Assembly (NCBI GenBank): GCA_963666285.1
Contig: OY762711.1
DNA length: 64,000 nt
DNA from: Sedimentisphaerales bacterium
GTDB lineage: Bacteria > Planctomycetota > Phycisphaerae > Sedimentisphaerales > SM23-30
Direction: 5' to 3' (one strand)
Shown: piece after piece, positions 43,530-52,481 of the stretch
Position numbering within the stretch: position 1 is the first letter of the stretch
How the letters are laid out: each line of letters opens with the position of its first letter
Translations under genes and position numbers: made by a program
The notes under the pieces: model-generated
What the model was told of the DNA's origin: nothing
What the model saw: the letters and a program-made list of their open reading frames with translations, nothing else
Databases searched by the model: none

Positions 43530-43621
43530 TTGGAGCAGAAACAAAATCATACACTACTATGCACTTGTATAATTACTTGTAAGCTGAAATACTGATAATA
43601 TCTGCCGAAAGAATCTATCAC

Positions 43622-44050
43622 CTACAAGCCGGGTTCACTGTCAGAAGTTACAATAGAAAAACTATCAGAAAGGTCCTTCGGTATCGCTACCGGCCTGCCG
43701 CCATCATTAACAAACGCCCATTCGGTCTCGCCCCGACATAAAATATGATTATCTGCCGGCCTGATTATAAGATATTTACGCTTTGACCGAACCTTGGCCA
43801 TCTCAGAGACCCATGTCTTGACAACAATTTCATCACCAAGAAAACCCGGGCGAAAATAGGTGAAATTATGATTTCTTACTACCCAACCTGCCTCTATCAA
43901 CCGGTATCTTTCAACCGGCCAGCCGTTAAAATCAGAATGTGCTATCGCTGCTCGCAATGTCCACCGGATATACTCCAGGTTATTGACATGATTATTCCCA
44001 TCTATAGCCTCTGCCGGCACAACCAGTTTATAACAAAAAACATCTACCAT
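43622..44050 (-). CDS. Acyl-CoA/ACP thioesterase (hot-dog fold)
   Basis: IDGNNHVNNLEYIRW motif. Confidence 0.88.
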   Translation of the reverse strand: MVDVFCYKLVVPAEAIDGNNHVNNLEYIRWTLRAAIAHSDFNGWPVERYRLIEAGWVVRNHNFTYFRPGFLGDEIVVKTWVSEMAKVRSKRKYLIIRPADNHILCRGETEWAFVNDGGRPVAIPKDLSDSFSIVTSDSEPGL

Positions 44051-44112
44051 GATAATTTACTTCGGCCAAGCCGCGATTACAGCCCTTATGCCTTATCACT
44101 TATTCCCATATA

Positions 44113-45504
44113 TTAATATTCCGGGGCATTTGACCTGTCAACAAACCTGGTCCACTGTTTCAGCCAGGTAAGTTCAATGATACCGGTTGGACCGTTACGC
44201 TGCTTTTCGATAATAATCTCGGCCTTGGTATCATCAATTTCATCTCCGATACCCGGATCAAAATTCCCTTCATCCTGTGCAGCATCCTCAACCAGTTTTT
44301 TCCGGTAATACCCTTCTCTGTGAAGCAGCATAACCACATCTGCATCCTGCTCAATATTACCTGACTCACGCAAATCGCTCATACGCGGTTTATGCCCGTC
44401 TCGACCTTCAGGACCACGGTTCAGCTGCGCCATTGCAATAACCGGAATCTCTAGCTCACGGGCAACTGCCTTGATATGACGGGATATCAAACCAACTTCC
44501 TGTGCCCGGCTCTCACAGCCAGGCGAACTCATAAGCTGCAAATAATCAATCACGATCATCTGGATATCATACTGCATCTTCATCCTGCGTGCCTTAGCCC
44601 TCAGCTCCAGCGGTGACAGCGTACTGCTGTCATCAACATACATCGGTGCCGCGGCCAGCTCTCCGGCTGTCACTGTCAGCATCTGGTGTTCCTGGTCGTT
44701 CAGCATACCCCGACGCAGCTTCTGGGAATCTACGTGAGCACGCCCCGCCAACATACGCTCTGCCAGCAATTGCGCTGACATTTCAAGGGAAAATATGGCA
44801 CAAGGGATATTATTATCAGCTGCCACATGTTCGGCTATATTCAGGCCTAGAGCTGTTTTTCCCATACTCGGACGAGCCGCTATAATTACCATTTCACCCG
44901 GCTGCAAGCCGCAAGTCATCCGGTCAAGATCATTGTAACCGGTAGGCAGCCCTGTAACCAGGCGACCGTCCCTCGTTTCCAGCGATGCAAATACATCATT
45001 CATTACATCACGCATTCCAACTGCGGTTCGAGTGACTTTCTTCTGGGTTACTTCAAAAATCTTACGCTCGGCATCTTCAAGGATTTCTGATACCTCGCTG
45101 CTGCCGCTAAATGCTTCCTCATTAATATCATTCGCTGCGGTTATAAGATTTCTTAGAAGGGCTTTCCCATGTACTATCTGGGCGTAGTACATCCCATTTA
45201 CTGCAGATGGTACTGCTTCTGAAATGGTGACCAAATACTCAATTCCGCCGACAACTTCAAGCTTGTTTCGACGTACTAATTCATCCTTTATTGTTATTAG
45301 ATCGACCGGCCTGTTATTCTCATACAGAGCCAGTATAGCATCGAATATCTCCGCATGATCGGTTCGATAGAAACAATCTCGATCTAATAGCTGCAGAATT
45401 TCACCCAATACTTCTTTACTAAGAAGCATTGACGCTAATGCTGCCTGCTCGGCATCAAGATCCTGCGGCGGAACGCGATGCTCTGCCGCAGGGTGCGATA
45501 CCAT
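44113..45504 (-). CDS. dnaB: Replicative DNA helicase
   Basis: PPQDLDAEQA, AARPSMGKT, IDYLQLM, DLRESGNIEQDAD and KQRNGPTG motifs; no intein. Confidence 0.96.
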   Translation of the reverse strand: MVSHPAAEHRVPPQDLDAEQAALASMLLSKEVLGEILQLLDRDCFYRTDHAEIFDAILALYENNRPVDLITIKDELVRRNKLEVVGGIEYLVTISEAVPSAVNGMYYAQIVHGKALLRNLITAANDINEEAFSGSSEVSEILEDAERKIFEVTQKKVTRTAVGMRDVMNDVFASLETRDGRLVTGLPTGYNDLDRMTCGLQPGEMVIIAARPSMGKTALGLNIAEHVAADNNIPCAIFSLEMSAQLLAERMLAGRAHVDSQKLRRGMLNDQEHQMLTVTAGELAAAPMYVDDSSTLSPLELRAKARRMKMQYDIQMIVIDYLQLMSSPGCESRAQEVGLISRHIKAVARELEIPVIAMAQLNRGPEGRDGHKPRMSDLRESGNIEQDADVVMLLHREGYYRKKLVEDAAQDEGNFDPGIGDEIDDTKAEIIIEKQRNGPTGIIELTWLKQWTRFVDRSNAPEY

Positions 45505-45511
45505 ATTAGCT

Positions 45512-46021
45512 CTATTCGTCTCGCTCAGCGCCGTTTTCTTCTTCGACTTCTGATTCTGTTGCTGTGTCACTAGCTCCTCCCGGACCTACAACATTTACCT
45601 TAACTGATGCTGTGAGGTCAGATGCAAATTTCAATGTAACATCATAAACACCGACTTCTGTGATATGATGCGAAAGTACAACATGTCTGGTCTGTACTTC
45701 ATATACTGCATCCTGAAGAGCCTTGGCAATATCTGCTTCTGTAACTGAACCATACAGGTGCCCTGCGGCATTTGCATTCGATTCAATGGTTACTGATGCA
45801 TCTGCTACTTTCGCAGCAACCTTCTCGAGGGCTTCACGAGCCATACGACGTTCTTCTGCTCGTTTTGCTCGTTCTTCTTCGATTGCCTTGATTTTTGACT
45901 CTGTCGGCATTGTCGCCAACTGCTGCGGCAGCAAATAATTGCGACCGTATCCGTTTTTTACCTCTACAACATCCCCAAAATAACCGAGATCGGGAACATC
46001 TGCAAGTAATAAGAGTTTCAT
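45512..46021 (-). CDS. rplI: 50S ribosomal protein L9
   Basis: LGYFGDVVEVKNGYGRNYLLPQ; LYGSVT. Confidence 0.96.
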   Translation of the reverse strand: MKLLLLADVPDLGYFGDVVEVKNGYGRNYLLPQQLATMPTESKIKAIEEERAKRAEERRMAREALEKVAAKVADASVTIESNANAAGHLYGSVTEADIAKALQDAVYEVQTRHVVLSHHITEVGVYDVTLKFASDLTASVKVNVVGPGGASDTATESEVEEENGAERDE

Positions 46022-46139
46022 CTTAAAAAACCTCTTTCTTTTATAACTTATCCGTCAACTGCTAAAGTTAACTTAATAACCTGTAAACAATGAGATTATG
46101 TTTATGTTTCGTTTGATTATTTACAAGATTTACTACAAT

Positions 46140-46367
46140 CTAGCTTACATAAGGAAGCAACGCCATATATCTGGCACGCTTTACTGCAAGCTGAACCTTT
46201 CTCTGGCAAGCAGCACAATTACCGCTTCTTTTACGAGAGAAAATCTTGCCACGCTGGGTCAGAAGTTTTGAAAGAGTCTCGATATCTTTGTAGTCGATAT
46301 ACTTGGTCTTTGATCTGCAGAACCTGCATTCACTTTTTTCTCGTGTTGTTGTTACTCTTCTTGCCAC
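46140..46367 (-). CDS. rpsR: 30S ribosomal protein S18 (Cys-containing form)
   Basis: CRFC...IDYKD...CAACQRKVQLAVKRARYMALLPY. Confidence 0.96.
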   Translation of the reverse strand: MARRVTTTREKSECRFCRSKTKYIDYKDIETLSKLLTQRGKIFSRKRSGNCAACQRKVQLAVKRARYMALLPYVS

Positions 46368-46500
46368 TTTGTGTACTCCACTTAAAACTGTTTACTATTA
46401 CTGCTGTTCAGTCATACTATCTATATCAAAACGGCATCAACCGTATCATATTCTCAAGATCCTGACTCTAAAGCTTGCAAATATAAGCCATTATACATTA

Positions 46501-46575
46501 GCGTCAGCTTATAAATTCAGGGCGTGTCAGCGACACCTTTTTACTTCATTCTTAATTCGTCATTTAATTTTAACT
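46501..46575 (+). repeat. Dispersed REP-like module plus heptamer tract in the ssb-rpsR spacer
   Basis: gcgtcagcttataaattcagggcgtgtcagcgacacc followed by cttcatt/cttaatt/cgtcatt; same layout as modules at 55.8-58.3 kb. Confidence 0.55.
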
Positions 46576-46593
46576 GCCAAAAGGCTGGTAAAA

Positions 46594-47052
46594 TTAGAAT
46601 GGTATATCATCATCAGCCGGAGGCTGCGGGGCTTCCATTCCGCCCCCTGCTTCGCCATACTGGTCCATCGAAGATGATGGTCGGCCGCCGCCGTTATAAC
46701 CGCCGCCACCCTGGTTGCCGCCTGAACTGCCGACAAAGGTAAAGTTCTCAACATATATTCTATGCTTAGATCTCTTACTGCCGTCTGGTGCATCCCAGCG
46801 ATCAAGGGTTAACCTGCCTTCTACCATTATTGGCTTACCTTTACTGAAATACTTCTGTATTACTTCAGCACGCTTACCATACATACGACAGTCAATAAAA
46901 CAGGTATCTTCTCGATCCTGACCGTCACTGCCGCGAAAACGATGAGTAGATGCTAATGAAAACTCTACTACCGCCGTTTGACTCGGCAGATAAGACAACT
47001 CCGGATCACGAGTCAGATTGCCCATCATTATTACTTTGTTAAAACTAGACAT
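46594..47052 (-). CDS. ssb: Single-stranded DNA-binding protein
   Basis: NKVIMMGNLTRDPEL; C-terminal DDDIPF. Confidence 0.97.
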   Translation of the reverse strand: MSSFNKVIMMGNLTRDPELSYLPSQTAVVEFSLASTHRFRGSDGQDREDTCFIDCRMYGKRAEVIQKYFSKGKPIMVEGRLTLDRWDAPDGSKRSKHRIYVENFTFVGSSGGNQGGGGYNGGGRPSSSMDQYGEAGGGMEAPQPPADDDIPF

Positions 47053-47132
47053 TCCATGCTCCTGTCATCGCAATTATATATAAATTAAGATGCGATAAGC
47101 TTGATTAAAACAGATGCAAAGCAACTGAGCAA

Positions 47133-47588
47133 TTAGTCATCGATGTCATCTATTGAAGGTGCATTTTCCAGCTCTTCTTCAATTTCATCATCTTCTTCTT
47201 CAAGCTTATCTTCTTCTGCTGATTCTTCTTCTGAACGACTTACACCGCTCTCCAATGGAGTTGGCCTGTCCTGAATCTCTTGAGGTATTATGTCACCCTT
47301 CAGAATGAGAACTCGCAGAATATCTTCTGATATCTGTACATCTCTTTCAATTCCTGTAATCTTCAAAGGATCTGCATTGAAATAGGTCAAAATGTATGTT
47401 CCGCGAACTGATTTTGCTACTGGGTAACATAATCTGCGGTCATCCCACTTCTTAAGTGAAATAACTTCTGCTTCCGCGCGACTTAGAATTGTTTGAACTG
47501 CTTCAACGGTAGCGTCCCAATTGCCGTTAGCAAGGGCTGAATCTACCAGGAACATTCCTTCGTATTTACGAACTTCGCTGCTACTCAA
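47133..47588 (-). CDS. rpsF: 30S ribosomal protein S6
   Basis: KYEGMFL, KWDDRRLCYPV, acidic tail; TTG start at 47588 behind GGAGG. Confidence 0.93.
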   Translation of the reverse strand: MSSSEVRKYEGMFLVDSALANGNWDATVEAVQTILSRAEAEVISLKKWDDRRLCYPVAKSVRGTYILTYFNADPLKITGIERDVQISEDILRVLILKGDIIPQEIQDRPTPLESGVSRSEEESAEEDKLEEEDDEIEEELENAPSIDDIDD

Positions 47589-47659
47589 AGCAACCTCCCG
47601 CACGTAAAGTGCATCTAATAATTAAACTAAAAAAATCTTATTAACTTTTATATTTTCAA

Positions 47660-48229
47660 TTACGGCTCTATCGAACCATTGTACTCATTCATCGTCGATT
47701 TTATTCCGTTTGCAATCCAGTACTCAACGGCATCTGCCGATTTCTCCAGTACTCGATCAAGCATCGGAACCTCATCGTCTTCAAAATTGCCAAGCACATG
47801 CTTGACTGTATTGCCAAATTTCGGACCGCTTATTCCTACCCGCAAGCGGGAAAAATCATCGGTGCCTAGTCGGTTTATTATATCTTTTACACCGTTATGG
47901 CCGCCGGCTGAGCCTTTCGCCCGGCATCGTATCGTACCCAGGTCAATTGCAAGGTCATCATAAATTACCAGCAGATCGTCCAGGTCGGCCTTATAAAAGA
48001 CCATCGCCTCAAGAACACTTCCGCCGCTGCGATTCATAAACGTCTGCGGCTTGATCAGTACGACATTTTCATAGCCGCACATCCCGCCGCCGTATCGGGC
48101 CTGAAATTTCTTCTTGCCCATTTCGATCCCCCATCGCTGAGACAGCTTGTCAACCAGCATAAAACCTATATTATGGCGGTTGTTCTTATACTCAGCACCT
48201 GGGTTGCCTAGTCCAACAATAAGCTTCAT
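47660..48229 (-). CDS. pth: Peptidyl-tRNA hydrolase
   Basis: LIVGLGNPG, RHNIGF, KPQTFMN and GGHNG motifs. Confidence 0.96.
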   Translation of the reverse strand: MKLIVGLGNPGAEYKNNRHNIGFMLVDKLSQRWGIEMGKKKFQARYGGGMCGYENVVLIKPQTFMNRSGGSVLEAMVFYKADLDDLLVIYDDLAIDLGTIRCRAKGSAGGHNGVKDIINRLGTDDFSRLRVGISGPKFGNTVKHVLGNFEDDEVPMLDRVLEKSADAVEYWIANGIKSTMNEYNGSIEP

Positions 48230-48308
48230 AATAGTCCTGACTCTGGCTCAGTTTTGATCCTGAAGATATTCGTCTCTAGACCGGCAAGCAGCTTCAAGGC
48301 AGCAGAAA

Positions 48309-48950
48309 TTACTCTGCTGATTCCTCATCTTCTTTCTTGCGACCGATTACTTCTGGTTCATCTCCGGCGCCTTCGCCTTCTTCACCTTCTTCTTCAGCCT
48401 TCTCAACCACTACAGAGCATGCTGCTACTGGTGTCGAAGGATCGGTGATTAGTGTTGAACCGGCTGGAAGCTCGATTTCACCTGCGGTAAGAATCTCGCC
48501 TATGCCTAGCTCTGAAACGTTTACACGAACTTCGTCTGGAATACTCATTGCTTCACATTCCAGCTCGATATCCGTTACACGCTGCTCCAGAACACCGCCT
48601 TCTGATGTACCCTTAGCTGTACCTTTCAATACAACTTCAACATGCACCTGTACTTTCTCGTGAATATCTACACGTGCAAAGTCGATATGGATAATCGTAT
48701 CGCCAAGGTAATCATACTGCACATCTTTTACCATAACGGTCTCTTTTGCACCACCAAAGTCCAGGTTGAACAAACGGTGATGATGGTGTAGTGCTAATAC
48801 CAGTTCATGAGCATCTACACTAACCGCCACGGGTTCTTGCTTGTGGCCGTAAACGATAGCAGGCATTTTTCCTGTTGCACGCGCTTTACGGGTCGTGCGG
48901 GTACCTAACTTCTCTCGCTTTTCAGCTTTTATTAATACTGCGTCTGACAT
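48309..48950 (-). CDS. rplY: 50S ribosomal protein L25/CTC
   Basis: MPAIVYG, HIDF, long CTC-type C-terminus. Confidence 0.95.
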   Translation of the reverse strand: MSDAVLIKAEKREKLGTRTTRKARATGKMPAIVYGHKQEPVAVSVDAHELVLALHHHHRLFNLDFGGAKETVMVKDVQYDYLGDTIIHIDFARVDIHEKVQVHVEVVLKGTAKGTSEGGVLEQRVTDIELECEAMSIPDEVRVNVSELGIGEILTAGEIELPAGSTLITDPSTPVAACSVVVEKAEEEGEEGEGAGDEPEVIGRKKEDEESAE

Positions 48951-48952
48951 CT

Positions 48953-49900
48953 TTACCTCATCAATTTGTACTTCTTAAATATTGCGCTTACTGATTTATC
49001 GTGATGGATCCGATCGATAGCTTCACCTATTAGCTCTGCAACAGACAGAACTTTTAGCTTATCCATGCTTTTTACATCTTCACGCATCTCTATTGTATCA
49101 GTAACAACAACTTCATCTATTACTGATTGTTTCAATCTTTCTACTGCCGGACCGGCAAATACGCCGTGTGTCGCTGCTACTCGTACTGAATTCGCTCCGT
49201 GTGATTTTACTACCTCTGCCGCAGTACATATTGTACCGGCCGTTGAGATCATATCATCAAACATCAACACATCTTTGCCGCTGACTTCACCTATTATATG
49301 GCCCATCTCTACTTCGGTACCGCTTTTTCGGTGCTTATCAATTACCGCCATGTCACCGCCAAGCATCCTGGCATAAACATTGGCTGTTTTCATGTTACCC
49401 ACATCAGGAGAAACTATCACCATATTTTTCATTTCCATCTCATCGAAATAGCTGCCTATTACAGGCACCGCGGTCAGGTGATCCAGCGGAATATCGAAGA
49501 AACCCTGAATCTGCTCGGCATGCAGATCTATTGCCAGAACCCTGTCACACTTTGCCGCGGTCAGCATATTCGCTACCAGCTTGGCTGTTATAGGGGTGCG
49601 GCCCTGGCTCTTGCGGTCCTGCCGGGCATATCCGTAATATGGTAACACTGCGGTAATACGTCTGGCTGATGCGCGATGCAGTGAATCGATAAAGACAAGT
49701 AATTCCATTAGATTGTCATTTACCGGCGAACAGGTAGGCTGTATCACAAAACAATCCTGCCCGCGAACATCATCATAAATGCGTACATGAGTCTCACCGT
49801 CCGGAAACGGTTTAACTTCGGCACTGCCCAAAGGCACTTCCAGATAATCGCATATCTTATTTGCGAGGTCTGGATTCGCATTACCACTAAAAATTCTCAA
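48953..49900 (-). CDS. prs: Ribose-phosphate pyrophosphokinase
   Basis: FPDGE, PYYGYARQDRK, DLHAEQIQGFFD and DDMISTAGT motifs. Confidence 0.96.
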   Translation of the reverse strand: MRIFSGNANPDLANKICDYLEVPLGSAEVKPFPDGETHVRIYDDVRGQDCFVIQPTCSPVNDNLMELLVFIDSLHRASARRITAVLPYYGYARQDRKSQGRTPITAKLVANMLTAAKCDRVLAIDLHAEQIQGFFDIPLDHLTAVPVIGSYFDEMEMKNMVIVSPDVGNMKTANVYARMLGGDMAVIDKHRKSGTEVEMGHIIGEVSGKDVLMFDDMISTAGTICTAAEVVKSHGANSVRVAATHGVFAGPAVERLKQSVIDEVVVTDTIEMREDVKSMDKLKVLSVAELIGEAIDRIHHDKSVSAIFKKYKLMR

Positions 49901-50043
49901 ACTGATCGTTACCTCAAATATCTATATTCACTTGTTATTTTTTGTTTCGCCGCTAGGCGATAATATTAGAAAGAGCTTTTGCGAGTACTATAACTCTTAA
50001 CTCTTAGTTCTTAACTTATTCCAGTACCTAATACTAGATAAAA

Positions 50044-50115
50044 CAACCCGACCAGGACTCGAACCTGGAATGGAAGTACCAAAAACTTCTGTGTTACCGA
50101 TTACACCATCGGGTT
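50044..50115 (-). tRNA. tRNA-Gln (TTG), CCA not encoded
   Basis: AACCCGA-TG-GTGT-AATCGGTA-ACAC-A-GAAGT-TTTTGGT-ACTTC-CATT-CCAGG-TTCGAGT-CCTGG-TCGGGTT-G folds as a full cloverleaf; usual position upstream of prs. Confidence 0.96.
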
Positions 50116-50370
50116 ACTTTATTTATTTTTCACTATACGCCATTGGCGATTATAATTTAACCGTGCGAAGCGAGCACCGCCCCTAATACCTAATATCAAG
50201 GACCTAAAACTTATCAAAAACGGAAACAGACCAAAAAGACATGATACAGCAAGACAATTATGTCTTTCGCTAGTAGCGGGAAAGTGCTGTATCTGTCGAG
50301 GCCTGTACCGGGTTAAACCGCTCTGCCCGGCCCATCGCATAGCTTGCCCCATACGACAGATAGACGAATA

Positions 50371-50398
50371 ATTATACTACAGATTCCACTTTATGCAA
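50371..50398 (-). promoter_or_regulatory. Candidate sigma70 promoter of the tRNA-Gln-prs operon
   Basis: TTGCAT-N16-TATAAT. Confidence 0.6.
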
Positions 50399-50493
50399 CC
50401 TTTTTCTTTAAAAAAACTGCGCCTACTGGCATTAAACCATAAATCCTTGTAAAAAAAATATTTACAAGAAAACACTGACCTGAAATAGGCATA

Positions 50494-52425
50494 TCACTCA
50501 TAACCGGTCCCATAAAGCCAATATTGTGTAATATCATACAAATAAGATAAATAGTCCGCCGAGGAAACCTCCAATGCTATACTTTGCAGGTCAAACAGAT
50601 CTACTTTCCCATCACCTGACATGTCAGCAGTGTTACTAACCTCTATAAATTCGAGTGTAACAGAATCAACCCCACACCATTTGTCACAGCCCTGTCCATC
50701 AGTATCGGCTGTTGTTATTTCAATTTCAAAATAATTACCCAGACATTCCATATCATTAGTTGCAGTAAATGCCGTTGAATATTTTTTCCAACTCGCAGAA
50801 GAATCACTTAAAATAAAAGTCTCACTTAAAATTTGACATTCTTCTTCCCCTGCCGAATTAAAAGCCAGAATCAGCTTGTCTGCATTATCGTAATTGTTTA
50901 CCCATACGGAAAAAATATATTTATCGCCAGACTTTATGGCTTGGTTGATCTTCTGGCTAACAGAAATTTCTCCGTTTAACCACATCCCATAGCTCCCAGA
51001 ATGTACTAAAAGAGGGTGAGACATGACTCCCCAACTTGAATAATATTCTCCTTCAGAACTCCACCCTGAATTGTCGCCGCTTTCAAAACCAGGATTAACA
51101 ATATTAACAGGACAACCTTTAACTATAATATCAACATCTGAACTATTGCTATATTCAATTCCATTAAATACCTGATACGAAAAACTATCTTTACCTGACA
51201 CTCCGGGATACGGAACATAGGTAAAAGCTCCGCTGTCTTCTACATGCAAATTACCTTTACCCGGCTTCGCAGAAATAAAAACAGCCGTTTTACCTGCAAC
51301 ATAAAGATCATTGCCAAGAATTCCCGGTGAATCAACCACCAGCTTTTCAGATGCAAACATTTCATAGTTATCATTATATGTCGATACAGACTGCGGCAAA
51401 TTAGGATCACGAATAAATATTGGCGAAGACCAGGCACAATCGCCATCCTCTTGTGCAATAAATAAGTATAAATAATCTCCATGCTCGGTTGATATTACAA
51501 TATTCTCATTTACATTTGATATTTGCGGGTATATTGTCATTTCACGCAAACCATTTTTTATGATAGCTATCTCTGTAATGAACTCTCCATCACTATCTGA
51601 AACTTGTATTTCTGCAATATGATCGCCCGCTTTTTCTACAATATCACCCTGATAATGTCCATCAATCTTAAAATGAATATCCAGGTTTTTATCCAGAGTA
51701 GAAAAAAAACGTCTCTTTGTTAACGCATCAAGAATATCAGCTCGAGTGTTCGCTTCTGCCCTGACAGCCAAACGATAATCATTTAGCGCTCCCCACAACT
51801 TCCTGTGGTTATCCTGACTACCTGCTGCACCAACCATCCACCCCCTTGTCAAAGCCTCGTCATAAACAGGTAAATCATCATCTTGGTATAAGCCTCCGTT
51901 AAAATAAAAATCAGTCCTGGATATATTCCAAAGCTCCATACCTACAACCTTATAAGAAAAGCTGCCTTCAAACCTATTAAATTCTAATGGTACCCCAATT
52001 CTGGGATGGTTAAAAAAAGCAACAGCATTGTCTGTATTATTTAACCATATCAGAAAATCGTCAAACGTTTTAGAAGAATAAATATCAGTATAACTGCTAG
52101 CTCCGGTTACCGTCATATGACCGTAATCTTCGCTTGTCCATTCAAAGCCCCATAATGCAGTATAAACATTATCCTGATTAAAATTGTTTGCTGTATCAAT
52201 AATCTCTTCATATTTTTCTTCAGTAAGATAAAAAGCATGATCTGCTAACGAAAAAAAATCAAGCTGTGCTACATCTCTGGCATACTCGTAGGCTTCTGCA
52301 GGTGTCCCATGACCATCAGAAAAATTACTGTGACTATGAAGCATACCGTAATATGTATGCAGCTCACCTGCCCCCAGAACCGAACATAACGTCAGTAAAA
52401 ATAAAACTTTACAAATTATACGCAT
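50494..52425 (-). CDS. Secreted PHP/CehA-McbA-like metallohydrolase with Ig/cadherin-like, CBM-like and dockerin-like domains
   Basis: HSHSNFSDG, DH, NHP and QDNH metal ligands; GAFTYVP..DSFSY; NPGFESG; ADMSGDGKVDLFDL. Confidence 0.82.
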   Translation of the reverse strand: MRIICKVLFLLTLCSVLGAGELHTYYGMLHSHSNFSDGHGTPAEAYEYARDVAQLDFFSLADHAFYLTEEKYEEIIDTANNFNQDNVYTALWGFEWTSEDYGHMTVTGASSYTDIYSSKTFDDFLIWLNNTDNAVAFFNHPRIGVPLEFNRFEGSFSYKVVGMELWNISRTDFYFNGGLYQDDDLPVYDEALTRGWMVGAAGSQDNHRKLWGALNDYRLAVRAEANTRADILDALTKRRFFSTLDKNLDIHFKIDGHYQGDIVEKAGDHIAEIQVSDSDGEFITEIAIIKNGLREMTIYPQISNVNENIVISTEHGDYLYLFIAQEDGDCAWSSPIFIRDPNLPQSVSTYNDNYEMFASEKLVVDSPGILGNDLYVAGKTAVFISAKPGKGNLHVEDSGAFTYVPYPGVSGKDSFSYQVFNGIEYSNSSDVDIIVKGCPVNIVNPGFESGDNSGWSSEGEYYSSWGVMSHPLLVHSGSYGMWLNGEISVSQKINQAIKSGDKYIFSVWVNNYDNADKLILAFNSAGEEECQILSETFILSDSSASWKKYSTAFTATNDMECLGNYFEIEITTADTDGQGCDKWCGVDSVTLEFIEVSNTADMSGDGKVDLFDLQSIALEVSSADYLSYLYDITQYWLYGTGYE

Positions 52426-52481
52426 AAAAACTTCAGATTACAAAATTATCTATATATATTACGAATACTGCAATACAACAT

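Noticed and set aside
45505..45570. Apparent rplI/dnaB overlap
   Set aside because: The overlap disappears using the ATG at 45504, just after the rplI stop.
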